Shown here one piece after another: positions 60,080 to 64,000 of a stretch of DNA of 64,000 nt. Source of the stretch: a bacterium (lineage in GTDB: Bacteria; UBA8248); contig OZ244799.1 in the NCBI GenBank assembly GCA_965219955.1, positions 992,001 through 1,056,000 on the forward strand. Direction: 5' to 3'. How positions within the stretch are numbered: the stretch's first letter is position 1; each line of letters begins with the position of its first letter. The notes under the pieces were generated by a model that worked only from the letters and a program-made list of their open reading frames with translations, did not search any database and had not been told where the DNA came from. Made by a program: the position numbers and the translations under genes.

Positions 60080-61237
60080 TCAGAACACGCCCTCACGGGT
60101 TTCGGCGAGCACCAGGTCCACCACCCGGCGCAGAGCCTCTTCATCAGAGTCGCCTTCGAGTCGGCGCAGGCGGTAGAGGTCGGCCTGGCGGTCCGCGCCG
60201 CTGCCCTCGCGGATGATGGCGAGCGCGTGGCGGATTTCGGCCTCGCACCCCAGCGCGCGGGCGTCGGGTGCGAGCGTTTCGACGAGATCGCGCATGAAGT
60301 CGTCGATGTCCACCCGCGCGTTCTCGCGCGTCGTATCGCCGAGGAAGGCGAGCGTCCCGTAGCGTTGTGCGACCCAGCGGTTCTCCGCGATGACCTCGGT
60401 CAGCGGCTCGGGCGGCAGCGCGCCCGCTTCGTCCTGGCGCATGAGATACCTGAGGAGAGAGGCGTAGAGCGCCGCGATAGAGACGGCGTCTTCGATGCGC
60501 GGGCAGATGTCGCAGATGCGGAGTTCCACCGTCGGGAAGGCGTGGGCGGGTCGGATGTCCCACCAGATTTCACTTCCGTTCTCGATGAAGTTCATTCGCC
60601 GGTATTCGGCGATGATTTCCTCGTATTCCGCCCGGGAATGCAGCGGCCCGGGCATGCTGGTGCGCGGGAGCCCGCCGATGAGGTTCAGGCGGTAGGACTT
60701 GTAGCCCGTGTCGTGCCCGCCGTTGAAGGGCGAGGAGGTGGAGAGCGCGTGAATTGCGGGCAGGTAGCGGCGCATGGCCGTCATGACCCGGATGCGCGAT
60801 TCGGGGTCGCCGAAGCCCGCGTGGATGTGCATCCCGCCGATGACCAGGCGGCGGATGCTCTCCTGGAACGTCATCGCGAAACGCTCGTAGCGCTCCTTGG
60901 GCGTGACCGCCAGCTCCCGCCACTGCGCGAAGGGGTGGGTGGAGGCGGCCATCACCGAGGCTCCGTGCGCCTCTGCCGCTTCGATGACGACCCGGCGGGT
61001 CTCGCGCAGCGCCTCGCGCGCCTCGGCCACCGAAGCGCAAACCCTCGTGTTGGTCTCTACCTGGGAGCGAAGCAACTCCCGGGTGACCTTGTGGGGTTCG
61101 ATCCGGGCCTCGCAGGCTTCGAAGATGGCCGGGTCGGGGTCGGCGAGAAGATCGCGCGATTCGGGGTCGACGAGAAAGAATTCTTCCTCGATCCCGAGGG
61201 TTATCTTCAAGTCTTCACGATTCTCGGCGTCGTTCAC
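60080..61237 (-). CDS. Carboxylate-amine ligase / glutamate-cysteine ligase 2 (YbdK-like)
   Basis: TLGIEEEFFLVD, GMHIH, STSSPF, WWDIRP, TVELRICD; GTG start with GGAG. Confidence 0.92.
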   Translation of the reverse strand: MNDAENREDLKITLGIEEEFFLVDPESRDLLADPDPAIFEACEARIEPHKVTRELLRSQVETNTRVCASVAEAREALRETRRVVIEAAEAHGASVMAASTHPFAQWRELAVTPKERYERFAMTFQESIRRLVIGGMHIHAGFGDPESRIRVMTAMRRYLPAIHALSTSSPFNGGHDTGYKSYRLNLIGGLPRTSMPGPLHSRAEYEEIIAEYRRMNFIENGSEIWWDIRPAHAFPTVELRICDICPRIEDAVSIAALYASLLRYLMRQDEAGALPPEPLTEVIAENRWVAQRYGTLAFLGDTTRENARVDIDDFMRDLVETLAPDARALGCEAEIRHALAIIREGSGADRQADLYRLRRLEGDSDEEALRRVVDLVLAETREGVF

Positions 61238-61390
61238 GTCGCGCTCCGTGGGGGTGGGCAGGTCTACCCCTTGTTCGTGCGCTTTGCGCTCACGAACGGT
61301 GGTTATCGGTCGAACCTCTCGCAACAGGCGCGACGACTCTATCACTTCATGACAAGTGAATCCAAGTATTCGTGCGGATTTGTCGTCTGT

Positions 61391-62623
61391 CTAGGGCTGA
61401 TGCACCGCTCTTTCGCGCGTGCCGCCCAGGCTCGTGAGGGCGAAGGGCAGCGTGAGAAGCGCTGCGACGACGCCCATCCCCACCAGGCCGAAGGCGTCCA
61501 CGCAAAGGCCGATGAGGGGAGCGAGCACCATGGCGAGGATCGATTTTGCCTGCGTCTCGACGGAGAGTATCGTCGCCCCCGCCTCGGGCGTGCTGTGGGC
61601 GTCGATGCGGCTGATGAGCACGGGACGCCAGAAGTTCTGCAGCACGGCCAGGGCGATGAACCCCGCGATAACGACCGACTCCCAGCCCGTCCAGAGCCCC
61701 CAGGCGAGAGCCGTATAGATGAGGGCGGTGGCGCCCCAGAGCGATTTCGCGGCGGCTTCCTCCGAACCCGTGGCTGCCACGAGGCGGTGCCCCCCGCGCG
61801 AGGCGAAGCTCGAGAGCAGGTGCAGGACGAAGTAGACCGCCCCCATCAGAATGGCCACGCGTTGGTTCTGTTGCCAGGTGGCGAGCAGGGCAAGGCCCAG
61901 GGCGGCCTGCTTGATGACGGGCTGAATGTAGTCCTTGGCGACCTTGTAGGTGCCCTCGTAGCTCATGGATTCCACCAGAATGCCGCGCAGCGGCTTGTCG
62001 GTGAACGCCATGCGCATGGAATCCTTCAGGTGTCCCCACACGCTCGGGATTTTCGTATCCGCCGCTCGTGCGCCTTCGAGTTCGGTGGGGTATCCCATGA
62101 AGTTCACGATGTTGAGCGCGTAGGGGATGACGGCGAGCAGGAAGATGTCGCTGTAGCGCGCGCCCGTGAAGATGAACGCGCTCGCGACCACGACCGAGAC
62201 GGCCGAGCCTATCTTCGACCACGAGCGCGTGAACCCGTAGACGCGGGTGCGCTCTTTCTCGCGGCCCTGGATTCTCAACCACTCGAATATCATCGCCTTG
62301 TGCGTGCCGGTGCGGAACGAATCGCCCAGGGCGAAGGCGAACATGGCGAGGAACAGGGCGGCGAAAGAGGCCGAAAGGCCGAATACCAGGAACGAGGCGA
62401 TGTAGGCGAGGAACGAGAAGATCATCGAGCGCCTTCTGCCGTAGAGATCGGCCACCGCACCGCTCGGGATCTCGAAGATGTTGATGCACACCTCGCGAAA
62501 GCCGATGAGAATCCCGATCTGGAAGAAGGAGAGGTCTTTCTCCAGAAACGCGAGGATGAGGAAGGGCTCGAAATAGGTCTGGTTCTTGAGGAAGCCGTAC
62601 AGCGAGAATCGAAACATCATCAT
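61391..62623 (-). CDS. MFS transporter
   Basis: EIPSGAVADLYGRR motif A; about 12 TM segments. Confidence 0.9.
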   Translation of the reverse strand: MMMFRFSLYGFLKNQTYFEPFLILAFLEKDLSFFQIGILIGFREVCINIFEIPSGAVADLYGRRRSMIFSFLAYIASFLVFGLSASFAALFLAMFAFALGDSFRTGTHKAMIFEWLRIQGREKERTRVYGFTRSWSKIGSAVSVVVASAFIFTGARYSDIFLLAVIPYALNIVNFMGYPTELEGARAADTKIPSVWGHLKDSMRMAFTDKPLRGILVESMSYEGTYKVAKDYIQPVIKQAALGLALLATWQQNQRVAILMGAVYFVLHLLSSFASRGGHRLVAATGSEEAAAKSLWGATALIYTALAWGLWTGWESVVIAGFIALAVLQNFWRPVLISRIDAHSTPEAGATILSVETQAKSILAMVLAPLIGLCVDAFGLVGMGVVAALLTLPFALTSLGGTRERAVHQP

Positions 62624-62899
62624 CGGCCGAACCTCCTCCCTTCAATTTCGGTCCCGCCCGTTTTTCGCGCAAGGGGCGGGAACGAGAGGCGGCCTGTGTG
62701 CGCGCATACTTTATTCCCCTCCCAACGGCGCGCATGAATCATTATAGCGGAAACTTTCTCGCTTGCGGGATGTTTTTTCGCTGAGTGGAGTGCGGGGAGG
62801 GCGCATTCCCGTCATACCGGGGCGAGGGGGATGTTTCAATATAGGAGCCGATCGCGAACGGCCCCTAGGCATTCCGCGGCTTCCCCGAGGTTGCGTTTC

Positions 62900-63784
62900 C
62901 TAGCGTATGCGCCAGCCGATAAGAGCCGCGCCGACCACCATGCAGGCGGTGCCGACGAGGATGGCGGGCGTGATGCGCTCCACGCTTCTGAGAAGGAAGT
63001 AGCTCATGACCAGGCTGAATACGGGGGCGGTCGAGGTGAGCGGGGAGACGACCGAGAGGTCGCCGATGTTCAGAGCGGTGAAGTGCAGGAAGAAGCCGAG
63101 CGCGTTCAGCAGTCCGCACAGCCCGAAGATATACCAGGCCTTGGGGCGGTCGAACTGGTTCGGTTTCTGGTCTTTAGGAAACAGCGGGATGAAGGTGACG
63201 AGGAAGAGAAACCCCGCCAGGGTCGTGAGGGTCGCGCCCATGACGGGGGCCTCGACGTGGGCGAAGGCGAGTTTTCTGAAGAGAAACGAGAACGCGGCGG
63301 CGACGGCGCTGAAAAACGCCAGCCAGAGGTGTTTCCTCTGCCAGGAGGTGTCGTCTGGTTTCTTGTAGCTGAGCGCGACGCTGCCCAGGACGATGAAGAG
63401 CGTGCCCGAGAGGATGAGCGCGCCGGGCCGCTCGCCCAGGAAGGCGATGGCGAGCGAGGTGGAGAACAGGGGCGTCAGCGAGACGAACGGCATGGCCCGC
63501 GCGACGCCCAGGTAGGAGATGCTGAGATACAGGAACACGCGCGACATCGCCGGGCCCGTAAGGCCCGCCAGCGAGAAGAAGAAAAAAGCGGGGAGGTTCC
63601 ACCACTCGGGCTGCCAGTAGTACCAGGTGACGGCGAGCATCACGGGGAGCGATGTGAACAGGCCGATGAAGACGCCCGTGAGCGCGTTTGCGTGCTCGCC
63701 GCCCTTCCTGATGCACACGCTGAAGGTGGCAAAGACCACGGCGGTGGACATGGCGTAGGATGCGGCGACGAGTTGGGGGTTCAT
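62900..63784 (-). CDS. DMT/EamA-family transporter
   Basis: Two EamA repeats (TPLFST..FLGE; SVVSPL..APVFS). Confidence 0.88.
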   Translation of the reverse strand: MNPQLVAASYAMSTAVVFATFSVCIRKGGEHANALTGVFIGLFTSLPVMLAVTWYYWQPEWWNLPAFFFFSLAGLTGPAMSRVFLYLSISYLGVARAMPFVSLTPLFSTSLAIAFLGERPGALILSGTLFIVLGSVALSYKKPDDTSWQRKHLWLAFFSAVAAAFSFLFRKLAFAHVEAPVMGATLTTLAGFLFLVTFIPLFPKDQKPNQFDRPKAWYIFGLCGLLNALGFFLHFTALNIGDLSVVSPLTSTAPVFSLVMSYFLLRSVERITPAILVGTACMVVGAALIGWRIR

Positions 63785-63974
63785 CCGGTTCCCGGGGTTT
63801 GAGGCGTTCTCGCGACGTTGTGCGCGACAATTTTCGGCGAGACCCAATCTACAGCCTGCGCGTTCGCTTGGGAAGCGCAGCCGGGGCTTTCGGTGAAAAC
63901 CGATTCTCCGGATCGGGTGCTCCCACTGCCGTTCGTTATCCTTGAGAGGATGCAGGGACGGTTCCGCTCCTGCG

Positions 63975-64000
63975 GGGGCTGTTGAAAAAGCCCTTGTCAC
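63975..64000. mobile_element. Left end of a fifth TIR cassette (truncated by window edge)
   Basis: GGGGCTGTTGAAAAAGCCC at 63975-63993. Confidence 0.65.

Noticed and set aside
59894-62737. Long alternative-frame or antisense ORFs (947 aa here; also 46268-48853, 7514-9241, 1365-2894)
   Set aside because: They overlap well-supported genes and have Arg/Gly/Pro/Ala-rich composition typical of high-GC shadow ORFs

Overview
GC-rich bacterial chromosomal window. Gene order is reminiscent of deltaproteobacteria-like or Nitrospinota-like lineages (inference only). 1-25.8 kb is mostly housekeeping: hslV, xerC, trmFO, topA, dprA, cpoB, rng, a fused radical SAM gene, an inserted sulfatase, the mreBCD-mrdA-rodA cluster, ppiD, glgP and thiD. 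26-31 kb is a sulfur-carrier operon (cysK, MoaD/ThiS-type carrier, two ThiF/MoeB proteins, cysM, JAB protease, Rrf2). 31-64 kb is an accessory metabolic region with tRNA-Glu, PLP enzymes, two TRAP systems, a SucCD paralog and several lower-GC islets. Best leads: (1) the two ThiF/E1 proteins have complementary losses of catalytic motifs, suggesting a heterodimeric E1 like eukaryotic SAE1/UBA2; (2) two adjacent ORFs join through an in-frame TGA into a CxxU AhpD-like selenoprotein with a SECIS-like hairpin; (3) five non-coding cassettes share a terminal inverted repeat but carry different palindromic cargo; (4) a tandem pair of PD-(D/E)XK-like genes in a lower-GC islet; (5) a heptad-repeat membrane protein split by one TAA; (6) an unexplained AT-rich inverted-repeat site. 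All product calls come from motif recognition, not database searches.
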